From positions 96,001 through 160,000 of IMG/VR virus record IMGVR_UViG_3300020183_000007: a DNA stretch of 64,000 nt; one strand, 5' to 3'. Positions 1-9,019 of this stretch are shown piece by piece. The stretch comes from a virus. The translations under genes were made by a program, and so were the position numbers. Numbering within the stretch: the stretch's first letter is position 1; each line of letters starts with the position of its first letter. The notes under the pieces are model-generated. The model did no database searches. It had not been told where the DNA came from and saw only the letters and a list, made by a program, of their open reading frames with translations.

Positions 1-26
1 ACTGCACCAAAGAAAGGAGGTGTGCA

Positions 27-119
27 ATGTTGCAGATTCCGATGTACATCATCGGGATCAGCGTCATCCTCTTTGCACAGGTCACGTTTTTCGTGGATCT
101 GTTCAAGAAGAAGGACTGA
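27..119 (+). CDS. small membrane protein (30 aa)
   Basis: AAAGGAGG RBS then ATG at 27; MLQIPMYIIGISVILFAQVTFFVDLFKKKD; below ORF-track cutoff. Confidence 0.6.
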   Translation: MLQIPMYIIGISVILFAQVTFFVDLFKKKD

Positions 120-371
120 TCTGAAACTGCCACGACACGGGTGGCCAAGCAGTAGTGACGCTTGGGAACAGAATAATCACTAAAAGAAATTGGTTCCTTC
201 GGGAATCTTTTTCTTTGAGGATAGGCCATTCTCCTCATCTGGCTGCCGGAAGTTAGGCATAAGACCAGCGTCCCTTGTCAGGATGTAAGTGCACCCAGCG
301 TGCCTAAAAGACTACGTAATAATCACGTCCGGTACGTTAAGCCGAGACACTTTCAGATTCAGGAGGAATCA

Positions 372-677
372 ATGGGAGTAAAACTTCCTAGGTGCATCCG
401 TGCGCGTCGGATCGGGCATTGGAGCTATGGCTCCGACACCTTTTTCGACGCGAACGGGAACAAGGCGCCGGTGACCTGGACCTGCAACTGCGGGTCCAGG
501 ATCACCCTGGAGGTATACGACTGCCAGACCGGCGAGTACACCGACACCCCCAAGGAACTGCTGCAGGCGTTCCTGGCAGAGCACACGGCTTGTGTGGCCA
601 TGTGCTACAACTGCCGAAAGGTGGAGGTGGAGCGCCAGGGATACTGGTGCAACGAGTGCGAGGCCGAGCACTACTGA
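372..677 (+). CDS. Cys-rich (CxC/CxxC) hypothetical protein
   Basis: AGGAGG RBS before ATG 372 (track ORF starts at 300); several CxxC pairs. Confidence 0.7.
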   Translation: MGVKLPRCIRARRIGHWSYGSDTFFDANGNKAPVTWTCNCGSRITLEVYDCQTGEYTDTPKELLQAFLAEHTACVAMCYNCRKVEVERQGYWCNECEAEHY

Positions 678-682
678 CATCC

Positions 683-766
683 AGGCTGATGAGCCCAGCC
701 TGAAGAAAAGAGGAGTTCTCTCCTACGCATCCAGCGTAGGGGGAACTTCTTCTTTTGACAATAGAC
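683..766 (+). repeat. 84-bp intergenic module, copy 1 (copy 2 at 2035-2118): hairpin, terminator-like stem/T-tract, TTGACAATAGAC
   Basis: near-identical sequence at both positions. Confidence 0.9.
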
Positions 767-801
767 CTGCGAACAGCAAGTAACAGGTCGGAAAGGAAGC
801 C

Positions 802-1242
802 ATGAACGTCAATGCCATGAACCTTATCACCAAATACACAGGAGCCATCTCCATTGTTTGGGATGGTGAAGCGATTACTCAGGTAACCCTGGGTATCGGT
901 ACCAAGCACCAGAGGACGGTCTCCAGGTCGTACCTGGAGGACGGTCAAATCATCTTCTCACGGGAAGATGCCCCTTCCGGGACCATCTGGCCCTTGAGCA
1001 GGCAAGAGCTGGAGGAGATCGCCCTCATGGGTGGCGTCGTGATGCTCCATGCCGATGACCTGTATCGGCTCGTTGTCCTCCCTGAGTGGTGGACGGTGGA
1101 GTGCGAAATGGCCATTGAGGGTGAATGCCCTGAGTGGCCATTAGCAGAAGAAGAGTCCCCCAAGTCCCTTGGGGAAGTAATGCTTGAAATGATCCAGAGG
1201 ATCATTGAGGAGGCAGACGATCCAGATCAATGGGACAAGTAA
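802..1242 (+). CDS. hypothetical protein
   Basis: GGAAAGGAAG RBS, 146-aa ORF followed by terminator-like hairpin. Confidence 0.75.
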   Translation: MNVNAMNLITKYTGAISIVWDGEAITQVTLGIGTKHQRTVSRSYLEDGQIIFSREDAPSGTIWPLSRQELEEIALMGGVVMLHADDLYRLVVLPEWWTVECEMAIEGECPEWPLAEEESPKSLGEVMLEMIQRIIEEADDPDQWDK

Positions 1243-1250
1243 TGCTGAAA

Positions 1251-1289
1251 CCCCGGGGGTCGAAAGGTCCTCGGGGAATCTTTTTCTTT
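1251..1289 (+). terminator. repeated intrinsic terminator-like CCCCGGGG(A/G)TCGAAAGGTCCTCGGGGAA plus T-tract (also 3393, 7744 variant, 9818, 11437)
   Basis: GC stem-loop plus T run directly after stop codons; five related copies. Confidence 0.8.
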
Positions 1290-1330
1290 GAGGATAGGCC
1301 ATTCTCCTCTACGCAGAGCCTGAGCGTATA

Positions 1331-1436
1331 ATAAATCATGGGTGACGCAGCAGGAGCTAAATGCCTGACAGGTTATCTTACCTTGACAAAAGAGAAACGT
1401 AATCATCATGTTCGGTACGTTAAGCCGGACAACAAA
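1331..1436 (+). repeat. 106-bp leader module, copy 1 (copy 2 at 2959-3064); contains TTGACA and the CGGTACGTTAAGCCG hairpin
   Basis: near-identical duplication upstream of ORFs 1452 and 3081. Confidence 0.9.
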
Positions 1437-1451
1437 TGATTCGGAGGAATC

Positions 1452-2027
1452 ATGAACGAGTTCTTGTTCAAGGTCTTCGTGGTCTTTCTGACCACGCAGA
1501 CCAACCTAGCACGGGCCCCCTGGGCCAAGTGGCTAGGCCACTGCTGGGGGGAGACCACCCAGCACATCGTATACTACTTCGTCACGGGCAAGCACATGTG
1601 CTGCCCCTGGCGGGAAGTCCCACCGGTCGCATGTGGGCATGCGCCCACCTGCGACGAGTATTACTACCAGGCGCTGGACCTGGAGGTGGCCATGGAGGCC
1701 GCTTTCAAGTCCGGTGCCCTAGAAGAGTACACCTACGACAGCCTGATGGCTGCTCTAAGTGACCAGTACCTGGTGCTGAAATGCGCCAAGTTCTGGTTGG
1801 ACAAACAGGGCACCATCGCCGGTTTTCCGGCCATGGCCGCCCTGAACGAATTTTTGGAGGATAACAACATGATCCTCCGGGATAATGGCGGACTGATGTC
1901 GGGTGCCCCCCAGCATCAGTACGCCAAGAAGACATTGGTCTTCTCCTCGGACAAGGCGTTCGAGGAGGAGGCCAAGCTGTGGCTGAAGATCCACAGCGCG
2001 CAACTTAGGGGCTTCAACAACAGCTGA
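1452..2027 (+). CDS. hypothetical protein
   Basis: GGAGG RBS, 191-aa ORF. Confidence 0.75.
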   Translation: MNEFLFKVFVVFLTTQTNLARAPWAKWLGHCWGETTQHIVYYFVTGKHMCCPWREVPPVACGHAPTCDEYYYQALDLEVAMEAAFKSGALEEYTYDSLMAALSDQYLVLKCAKFWLDKQGTIAGFPAMAALNEFLEDNNMILRDNGGLMSGAPQHQYAKKTLVFSSDKAFEEEAKLWLKIHSAQLRGFNNS

Positions 2028-2153
2028 CCCAGAAAGGCTGATGAGCCCAGCCTGAAGAAGAGAGGAGTTCTCTCCTACGCAACCAGCGTAGGGGGAACTT
2101 CTTCTTTTGACAATAGACTTCTGAAACCAAAGTAAGAGGTCGGAAAGGTGACC

Positions 2154-2474
2154 ATGTTGGTCAATCTCACCCCCCACCAGATCACTCTGGTGGATGACCT
2201 GGGTAACATTATCCAGGTTGTTGAGCCGGAGGCAACTTCGGCTCGGTGCTCCTCGGAGCGCCAATTCGCCTTCGAGGCGGACAGCATCCGGGTCAACCGG
2301 ACTATGTTCGGAGAGGTTTCAGGCCTCCCGGACGAGGTAAACGGGACGTGGTACATCGTGTCACGTATCGTTGCCGAAGCGTCGGGCCGGTCGGACCTGA
2401 TCATCCCGGATGAAACAGTTCGGAATGCCGAAGGACAGATTATCGGCTGCAAGTCGTTCGCGACTTTGGGCTGA
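2154..2474 (+). CDS. conserved phage-type hypothetical protein (NLTPH...LP...YIVS family)
   Basis: LVNLTPHQITL, GLPDEVNGTWYIVSRIVA and DLIIPDETVRNAEGQIIGC motifs; GGAAAGG RBS. Confidence 0.75.
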   Translation: MLVNLTPHQITLVDDLGNIIQVVEPEATSARCSSERQFAFEADSIRVNRTMFGEVSGLPDEVNGTWYIVSRIVAEASGRSDLIIPDETVRNAEGQIIGCKSFATLG

Positions 2475-2512
2475 TCTGATGTCAAACAACAATTCACCGA
2501 AAGGAGGTGAAC

Positions 2513-2785
2513 ATGAAGAAGCATCCAAAGCGGGTGTACGTCTTTAGGCGTGCGCTCGTTCTGGTCCTGGCAGTTTTCTTTGCTGCAGCGGCCTACGGAA
2601 TGTACGAAGAGCTTACGGGCCCTTCGTACGAGTGCGAGCAAGCACCCGTGGTCGTTGGGCAGGGAGACACTCTCTGGAGGATCGCTGAAAAGCGATGCGA
2701 CGGAGATTTGCTGGAGGTCCGGTACAAGCTGGTGAAGTCCTACGGGACTAATATCCGGCCTGGACAGGTCATTCAGCTGCCCTGA
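2513..2785 (+). CDS. TM + LysM domain protein
   Basis: N-terminal hydrophobic helix, then VVVGQGDTLWRIAEKRC...IRPGQVIQLP LysM signature. Confidence 0.85.
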   Translation: MKKHPKRVYVFRRALVLVLAVFFAAAAYGMYEELTGPSYECEQAPVVVGQGDTLWRIAEKRCDGDLLEVRYKLVKSYGTNIRPGQVIQLP

Positions 2786-2796
2786 GACCAGAGCCT

Positions 2797-2928
2797 ACTG
2801 TGCACCTACAGACAACGATGATCTGTAGGGTGTAGCGGGGTTTTGCACCCTGGGAACAGAAGCGGGGGGGTCGGCAGTGGGCCGGCTCCCTGTTCTGTTT
2901 GAGGAAATCTCTTTTTTGAGGATAGACC
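2797..2928 (+). repeat. 132-bp structured module, copy 1 (copy 2 at 8074-8205)
   Basis: near-identical duplication ending in TTTTTTGAGGATAGACC. Confidence 0.9.
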
Positions 2929-3080
2929 ATTGTCCTTAGCGCAGAACCTGAGCGCTATATAAATCATGGGTGACGCAGCAGGAGCTAAATGCCTGACAGG
3001 TTATCTTACCTTGACAAAAGAGAAACGTAATCATTATGTTCGGTACGTTAAGCCGGACAACAAACGTTCACGGAGGAATC

Positions 3081-3347
3081 ATGAACGTAAACAAGAACAA
3101 GATCACCCTCGTGGTGACAGCAATCATCTGTGTGCTCCTCGTTCTGGAGCCCACCAGTGAGCTGACGGTGGGGATCATCTCCCTGCCGATCAAGGCCTTC
3201 TTCACGATCCTGGGCTTCGGCTTCGGCCTCGTGAACTGGCCCATGCTCACAGTCGTTGTGATTGGAGCGGGAATCGCCTTCGTGGCGAAAACCCGTACGG
3301 TCGATTGGACCGTCGTTAAGAGCTTCTTCCGCTCGGAAGAAAGCTGA
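3081..3347 (+). CDS. membrane protein
   Basis: GGAGG RBS; several hydrophobic segments. Confidence 0.7.
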   Translation: MNVNKNKITLVVTAIICVLLVLEPTSELTVGIISLPIKAFFTILGFGFGLVNWPMLTVVVIGAGIAFVAKTRTVDWTVVKSFFRSEES

Positions 3348-3414
3348 CTATACCTGGTGATGAGTCCACCAGATGAGCAATGGGATTGTTTTCCCCGGGG
3401 ATCGAAAGGTCCTC

Positions 3415-3470
3415 GGGGAAACTTTCTTTTTTACCAATAGGCCCCCGAACAACCGAAGGGGTCGGAAAGA
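3415..3470 (+). repeat. 56-bp module, copy 1 (identical copy at 3756-3811)
   Basis: GGGGAAACTTTCTTTTTTACCAATAGGCCCCCGAACAACCGAAGGGGTCGGAAAGA occurs twice. Confidence 0.9.
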
Positions 3471-3480
3471 GAGGAAGGTA

Positions 3481-3663
3481 ATGAACATCAAGGGCGTGGA
3501 GGTCCTCTCGTACGAGGAGTACGAGGGTATGCTCCATAAGGTGGTGACACGATACAAGGTCGTGGGCACGACCTTCGGGTTCAACCGCTTTCAGGCGGGC
3601 CCCTTCCAGACGAAGGGAGAGGCAGAGAAGTTCGCAGCTCTTCTGACTCTTCTGAGGGGCTGA
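3481..3663 (+). CDS. hypothetical protein
   Basis: RBS before ATG 3481; the track extension to 3373 runs through the repeat module. Confidence 0.65.
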   Translation: MNIKGVEVLSYEEYEGMLHKVVTRYKVVGTTFGFNRFQAGPFQTKGEAEKFAALLTLLRG

Positions 3664-3825
3664 CGAACTTTGTGGGGCACCGTCTTACCCGGCGCATCTG
3701 CTTAGACGGGTCATAGGGCAAGGATAGTTTTCCCCCGGGGTCTTAACGGACCCTGGGGGAAACTTTCTTTTTTACCAATAGGCCCCCGAACAACCGAAGG
3801 GGTCGGAAAGAAAGGAGAAATCCGC

Positions 3826-4203
3826 ATGAAAGTTGTAACATGGTTGTCGTCCACGATGGACCCAACCAAGGGAGTAGCTCCCGGTAAGTGCGTATTCACC
3901 GGTGAGTACCCAGGGGTGTTTTGTGTCCCCTTCGTAGAAGATGGGACGCCTGGAAAGGCACTCAATGATTTCTGGCACTCACCCCGGTATGCCAGAGATC
4001 TTCAAGTGATCCTTGAAGTTCCAGTGGAAAATCTCTTCTTCCGGCTCATGGGCCAAGAGAAGCCACTTCCGATTTACAAGGACGGACGAGTGGCCATCAA
4101 TCTCATCATCAATAAGTGTTTTGATGATGATAATGCAATAATCATCAAGAACTTCGATCCTGCGTGGATCGTTTCTATCAGAAAGGAAGAAAACAATGGA
4201 TAA
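3826..4203 (+). CDS. hypothetical protein
   Basis: AAAGGAGA RBS, 125 aa. Confidence 0.7.
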   Translation: MKVVTWLSSTMDPTKGVAPGKCVFTGEYPGVFCVPFVEDGTPGKALNDFWHSPRYARDLQVILEVPVENLFFRLMGQEKPLPIYKDGRVAINLIINKCFDDDNAIIIKNFDPAWIVSIRKEENNG

Positions 4204-5680
4204 CTACTCAGAGGGATGGAAGGCCCTCAAGGAGTTTGAGCAGAAGTTCTGCTCTGTCATGGCCTCCGAGGTCGAAATGTCGATCCGGGAGGGAGATTCT
4301 GAGGTAGTTGGCTCAGAATTGGTTTACAACCACTCCTACATGCCCATCCCCCAATACAGGAACGGAAGGGTGAGGGCCAACTTTGAGATGGGTGATAAAC
4401 TTCACCTGGTCCACCAGAGGCTGGAAACGCCCGGAAAGGGCAGGGTCAAGTGGGCTCTGCGAAGCTTCCACAGTATCCTCGAATGCGAGGATGGGCGCTA
4501 CATGCCCAAGAGTCGGTACCTGAAGGAAGTCAAATTCGCAGTCAATCCAACAGAGGATGGCTACCGATTTCAGATCCTGAAGACACAGGGTGGCAAAACT
4601 CGCGTTTACTGGGGGTATAACACCATTCATTCAGGACTCCTGCAAGAATTTGTCCATATCTCACTGCGAACAGCGGCAACGAAACTCATTGGTCAATATA
4701 TGGATCCGCAAAGGATTCATGCAGTGTTGCAGTGGTTTTCCTACGAACAAACAAAGTATCCCGAGTACTTTGCTAGTGACAACCCTGCGAGTCGTCAATC
4801 GCAAGAATTGCAACTTGGCGGACCGGGATGGTCCCGTATCCTGACCGGTAAGACCGGCGCAAAGGACATCCTGAACGGGATCTATGACCCCAAGGGTATC
4901 AGAAGGATTCCTAAGAATGCCTTCGGTGGCGTCGGGGAAATCAGGACTTTGGACCGTTTAGCCAAAGCGGTTTTCATGACTCGTGCGCTGCGCAGTCTTG
5001 ATCCGCACACCTTTGGCGAAGTTAGTAGTGTATGGCCAGACAGACCGATAAATTATAAGTATGAGGGATCATTTGAGAAGGCCGACAAGATTGATTGGCT
5101 TGTCAATAAACTTCCGAAACTCATTTCTGTAAAGAACATTCAGGAATGTCAGACTCCATATACATACATGGAAGACACAGTCAGGATGCTCAAGCAAATG
5201 CCACGAACACTGCGTTCTGCATGTTTGACTGAGATCCGCAGAAATGCAGCTAGAGGCATTGAATGGGCACACGACTTTGTCGCAACTGAACATGCAAAAG
5301 TTGGGAAAGAGAACAAGGACATCAATGTCAGTGCACTCAGTAAGTTTGAGGGAACTGTCAATGATGACATTGCGTGTGTAGTTCCCAAGTGCACTCACGA
5401 TTTGGTTCAGTGGGGCGCTGAGTACAACATTTGCATTGGCTCATATGCAGATGAAGTTTACAATGGCAGTACTTACTGCATGGGGTTCCAGAATCCCCAG
5501 ACTAAGACCTTTTATGGTTTTGCACAGGTCAACCCGTGGGACGGACATCTTCTCCAGCTATTGGGTAAGCACAACAACCATCTTCCTGATGTGGAGAGGC
5601 TTGCAATTGAGCGTTACCTGGTAACGCTTGGTGTCAATGTTGATAATTACTGGGGCAAGCCCCTTGTTGCACTTAACTAA
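4196..5680 (+). CDS. PcfJ-like domain protein, paralog 1
   Basis: C-terminal VVPKCTHDLVQWGAEYNICIGSYADEVYNG resembles the PcfJ motif (P...L..EG...hCV.SY); strong similarity to 6295-7734. Confidence 0.65.
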   Translation: MDNYSEGWKALKEFEQKFCSVMASEVEMSIREGDSEVVGSELVYNHSYMPIPQYRNGRVRANFEMGDKLHLVHQRLETPGKGRVKWALRSFHSILECEDGRYMPKSRYLKEVKFAVNPTEDGYRFQILKTQGGKTRVYWGYNTIHSGLLQEFVHISLRTAATKLIGQYMDPQRIHAVLQWFSYEQTKYPEYFASDNPASRQSQELQLGGPGWSRILTGKTGAKDILNGIYDPKGIRRIPKNAFGGVGEIRTLDRLAKAVFMTRALRSLDPHTFGEVSSVWPDRPINYKYEGSFEKADKIDWLVNKLPKLISVKNIQECQTPYTYMEDTVRMLKQMPRTLRSACLTEIRRNAARGIEWAHDFVATEHAKVGKENKDINVSALSKFEGTVNDDIACVVPKCTHDLVQWGAEYNICIGSYADEVYNGSTYCMGFQNPQTKTFYGFAQVNPWDGHLLQLLGKHNNHLPDVERLAIERYLVTLGVNVDNYWGKPLVALN

Positions 5681-5688
5681 GTCTGGCA

Positions 5689-5740
5689 GCCCCTACCCCT
5701 TAACTGGGGAGGCATAGTGGTTCGATTCCACATAGGGGCA
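5689..5740 (+). other. 52-nt truncated tRNA-like element
   Basis: GCCCCTA/TAGGGGC acceptor-like stem, GTGG-TTCGATT-CCAC T-arm, a single CCCC/GGGG hairpin between them. Confidence 0.45.
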
Positions 5741-5781
5741 CTGTTCGCAATCCCGCGGACTATAACATGATTGGAGAAATC

Positions 5782-6117
5782 ATGAAGAAGAAAGTTGAGT
5801 GGTGCGGATGCATGGACGTCCGTTCACCGAAAGAAGGGTTCAAGGACATCTTCTCGAAAGAGTTGGTGGACGGGAAACCACGAGGTGAACTTTGGGAGCT
5901 GATGGAAGTGAAGAGTTGGGAAGAGTTCAAGGATGAACTCTCCGACATTTCCTGGGGAATTGGCCGAATCATTGGCGGATTCCGTGGCAAGGCGTACGTG
6001 CGTGTGCCTGGGGATCGAATTCACTACGAGAAGGTTGTGAACCGAATTGAGGATTATGGCTGCATCCGCAGCAAGAGGTTCTTGATTGACGGACACTGCC
6101 CGAACGAGGGTAAGTAA
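5782..6117 (+). CDS. hypothetical protein
   Basis: GGAGA RBS before ATG 5782. Confidence 0.65.
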   Translation: MKKKVEWCGCMDVRSPKEGFKDIFSKELVDGKPRGELWELMEVKSWEEFKDELSDISWGIGRIIGGFRGKAYVRVPGDRIHYEKVVNRIEDYGCIRSKRFLIDGHCPNEGK

Positions 6118-6192
6118 AGAAAGAAAGGTGGCCCCGGGGAATTCGCCTCGGGGCCTTTGACTGAAAGGAGAACAGTAAGACGAACTACCGTA

Positions 6193-6257
6193 CTGATCAG
6201 AAAAAAGGGGTCTGTTCCCGGGGAGAAATCCCTGGGAACTTTCTTTTTTGAGGTTAG
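6193..6257 (+). repeat. ~65-bp terminator module, copy 1 (copy 2 at 10779-10841)
   Basis: CTGATCAGAAAAA..GGGTCTGTTCCCGGGGAGAAATCCCTGGGAACTT..TTTTTTGAGG(T/A)TAG occurs twice. Confidence 0.85.
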
Positions 6258-6294
6258 ACCTCTGAAACCAAAGTAAGAGGTCGGAAAGGTCGTC

Positions 6295-7734
6295 ATGACC
6301 GATTTCTACTCCAAGGGCTGGAAGGCCCTCAAGCAGTTCGAGCAGCAGTTCTGCTCGATCCCTGAGCGTGATGCCCAAGACACCATACTATCAGCACCCT
6401 TTCAGACATACTATCGGGGCGATACCGATGGGTCGACATTGGTGCACAACACCTCGTACCTGCCCACACCAGGGCCTTATGGTGTCTGTATGTGGGAAAC
6501 CGGTGACAGGATACACCTGATCCACACGCGGCTCGACCTTCAGCCGGCTGGCAAGGTCAAGTGGGCGCTGCGAAGCTTCCACGGCATCTTGCAAATGGAT
6601 CCGACCATAGGGCGCTACATGCCCAAGAGTCGGTACCTGAAGGAAGTCAAATTCGCAGTCAATCCAACAGAGGATGGCTACCGCTTCCAGATTTTGAAGA
6701 CACAGGGTGGCAGAACCTGTGTCTATTGGGGATATGATCCGGAGAAGTTGATGCAAGAAATCGGCGATCCGGAGATGTGGAGAGCGGCGCGCAACGTCGT
6801 TTACAAGTATCTGATTCCGGATCAGATGTATAAAGTGTTGCAATGGTTTCGTTCGGAAAACCCCGTAGAGGAAACCGAACAATTGCGACTTGGTGGACCG
6901 GGATGGTCACGGATTTTGACTGGTAAGACCGGCGCAAAGGACATCCTCAACGGGGTCTATGACCCGAAGGGTGTCAGAAGGATTCCTAAGAACGCCTTTG
7001 GTGGTGTAGGGGAAATTCGAACCCTTAACGCTTTGGCAAAAGCGGTCTTCATAACTCGTGCGTGGCGCAGTCTTGATCCGCACACCTTTGGCGAAGTTAG
7101 CAATGCTTTGTCAAAGGATTTTCGTCTTGTCTATAATGGGTCATTTGAACAGGCTGACAAAATTGATTGGCTTGTCAGTAGAATTCCCAAACTGCCTATC
7201 GGTAGGGAGGAAAACTTTGAATCTATTGACCTTTTGTCCATTGAGGACATGATCACAATGCTCAAGCAAATGCCCCGAGCTTTGCGTTCTGCGTGTTTGG
7301 CTGAAATACGCAGAAGCGCAAATCGGGGTATGCAGTGGGCACACGATTACGTTGTCCTTGAGTTTAACAAACTGAAAACAGCCGACAAGGTAATCGAGCA
7401 GGATGAGCTCAGCCGGTTCGAGGGAACTGTCAACGATGACATGATTTGCGTGGTCCCGAAGTCCACCCATGATTTGGTTCAGTGGGGGACTGAGTACAAC
7501 ATCTGTATCGGTTCATACGCAGATCGCGTGTACCGTGGAAACACCTTGTGTATGGGGTTCCAGAACCCTCACACCAAGAGTTTCTACGGTTTTGCGGAGG
7601 TCAATCCGCAGAACAAGAAGCTTGTCCAACTGCTGGGCAAGTACAACCACAGTCTTGATAATCTGGACAAGCTTGCCATTGAGTGTTATCTAACCTCGAA
7701 GGGAGTTGGTGTTGATTTCTATCGGGGTAAATAA
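6295..7734 (+). CDS. PcfJ-like domain protein, paralog 2
   Basis: long near-identical blocks shared with 4196-5680, e.g. GRYMPKSRYLKEVKFAVNPTEDGYRFQILKTQGG. Confidence 0.65.
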   Translation: MTDFYSKGWKALKQFEQQFCSIPERDAQDTILSAPFQTYYRGDTDGSTLVHNTSYLPTPGPYGVCMWETGDRIHLIHTRLDLQPAGKVKWALRSFHGILQMDPTIGRYMPKSRYLKEVKFAVNPTEDGYRFQILKTQGGRTCVYWGYDPEKLMQEIGDPEMWRAARNVVYKYLIPDQMYKVLQWFRSENPVEETEQLRLGGPGWSRILTGKTGAKDILNGVYDPKGVRRIPKNAFGGVGEIRTLNALAKAVFITRAWRSLDPHTFGEVSNALSKDFRLVYNGSFEQADKIDWLVSRIPKLPIGREENFESIDLLSIEDMITMLKQMPRALRSACLAEIRRSANRGMQWAHDYVVLEFNKLKTADKVIEQDELSRFEGTVNDDMICVVPKSTHDLVQWGTEYNICIGSYADRVYRGNTLCMGFQNPHTKSFYGFAEVNPQNKKLVQLLGKYNHSLDNLDKLAIECYLTSKGVGVDFYRGK

Positions 7735-7837
7735 CAAGTTTTTCCCCGGGGATCGGCAGAAATGCTGGTCCTCGGGGAAACTTTCTTTATAGGCATCCAG
7801 CCATGTCCACTAAACCAAAGAAAGGAGGTGAACAAAC

Positions 7838-8062
7838 GTGTTCAACACACGAATCCCTCTTTCGAACGGATCGTACATCTCGTTGGCCCAAAACGAAATG
7901 TGCGTCCTCAGAGAGGAGTTCGTCCCCACTCTGGAGTGGGCGGGTGTCGAAACGCAGGATGATATCCTGCGGTTCGATAACCTGTCAACACTCCGGACGT
8001 TGTTGGATAAGGCGGAAGCCTGGAGTCTGAAGACTCCGGATCCGTCTTCCGACAACTCGTGA
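7838..8062 (+). CDS. hypothetical protein
   Basis: AAAGGAGGTG RBS, GTG start. Confidence 0.6.
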   Translation: MFNTRIPLSNGSYISLAQNEMCVLREEFVPTLEWAGVETQDDILRFDNLSTLRTLLDKAEAWSLKTPDPSSDNS

Positions 8063-8272
8063 CGACGAACGCAACTGCGCACCTGCAGACAACGATGATC
8101 TGTAGGGTGTGCCGGGGTTATCCACCCTGGGAACAGAAGCGGGGGGGTCGGCAGTGGGCCGGCTCCCTGTTCTGTTTGAGGAAATCTCTTTTTTGAGGAT
8201 AGACCGACCGGGTCTACCTACGGTCCCAGCACAACAGGATCTAACCAATCCGCTGGGAGAAAGGGAGGCATC

Positions 8273-8545
8273 ATGCAGAAGCTGCCCAAGCGAGTGTACG
8301 TCAAAAGGCGTATCCTCGTGGCTGCTCTCACGGTGTTCTTTCTGATGGCCGGATGTGGCATGATCAAGAAAGTGACGAGCCCCTCGTTCACTTGCCCGGA
8401 TCGCACCCACACGGTTCTTCAGGGGGAAAGTCTCTGGACCATTGCTGAAAAGCATTGCGACGGAGACCTGCTCGCTGTACGTTACCATCTGACACAGGCC
8501 TACGGGCCCGTGATTCAGCCCGGTGACGTCATCGAGCTGCCTTGA
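8273..8545 (+). CDS. TM + LysM domain protein (paralog of 2513-2785)
   Basis: HTVLQGESLWTIAEKHC...IQPGDVIELP. Confidence 0.85.
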   Translation: MQKLPKRVYVKRRILVAALTVFFLMAGCGMIKKVTSPSFTCPDRTHTVLQGESLWTIAEKHCDGDLLAVRYHLTQAYGPVIQPGDVIELP

Positions 8546-8757
8546 CGGCAAGTCGGCTCACTGAACCAGCAGTAATCTGGGAAGTCGCAACACACGACTA
8601 AAGATAATAACTCATATGAAGTTGGCATTGGTTACTTGCCTTATATAAGTATGAGTGAATTATTATGTGTTTTATTTGTGGGGAAACCCCGGGACTCGTA
8701 TCGATCCGAAGGGCACACCGATGGGTGTGTAATTCGTGCGAGTTCTGGGGTTTTCTC

Positions 8758-9019
8758 TTTGAGGATAGACCGCATCCTCAAGGTGACCGTGCTTTAGTCA
8801 CACGCCCCTCGTTAGGGGAAGGGCCGTAGGGCCAAGACATCGCACAACTACCGACCCACAACCATGTGAGTGGGACCTAATGGGGAACTGATGGGAAAAC
8901 TGAGCCACATATTCGCTCAGCCAGAAGGAAACCAGAAGGTGAGAAAATCATGAGAAACGTGGAATCAGCCCTGTCCGGTACGTTAAGCCGAGACACCAAA
9001 GGAGGAGGTCCGCATGGAC
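8758..9019 (+). repeat. 262-bp leader, copy 1 (copy 2 at 9855-10116), extends through the first two codons of the downstream ORF
   Basis: essentially identical duplication; one A/G difference seen in AAATCATG(A/G)GAAAC. Confidence 0.95.

Noticed and set aside
683-701. Hammerhead ribozyme suggested by CTGATGAG (also 2035, 3354)
   Set aside because: The motif lies in a simple hairpin; I found no stem II-GAAA-stem III arrangement.
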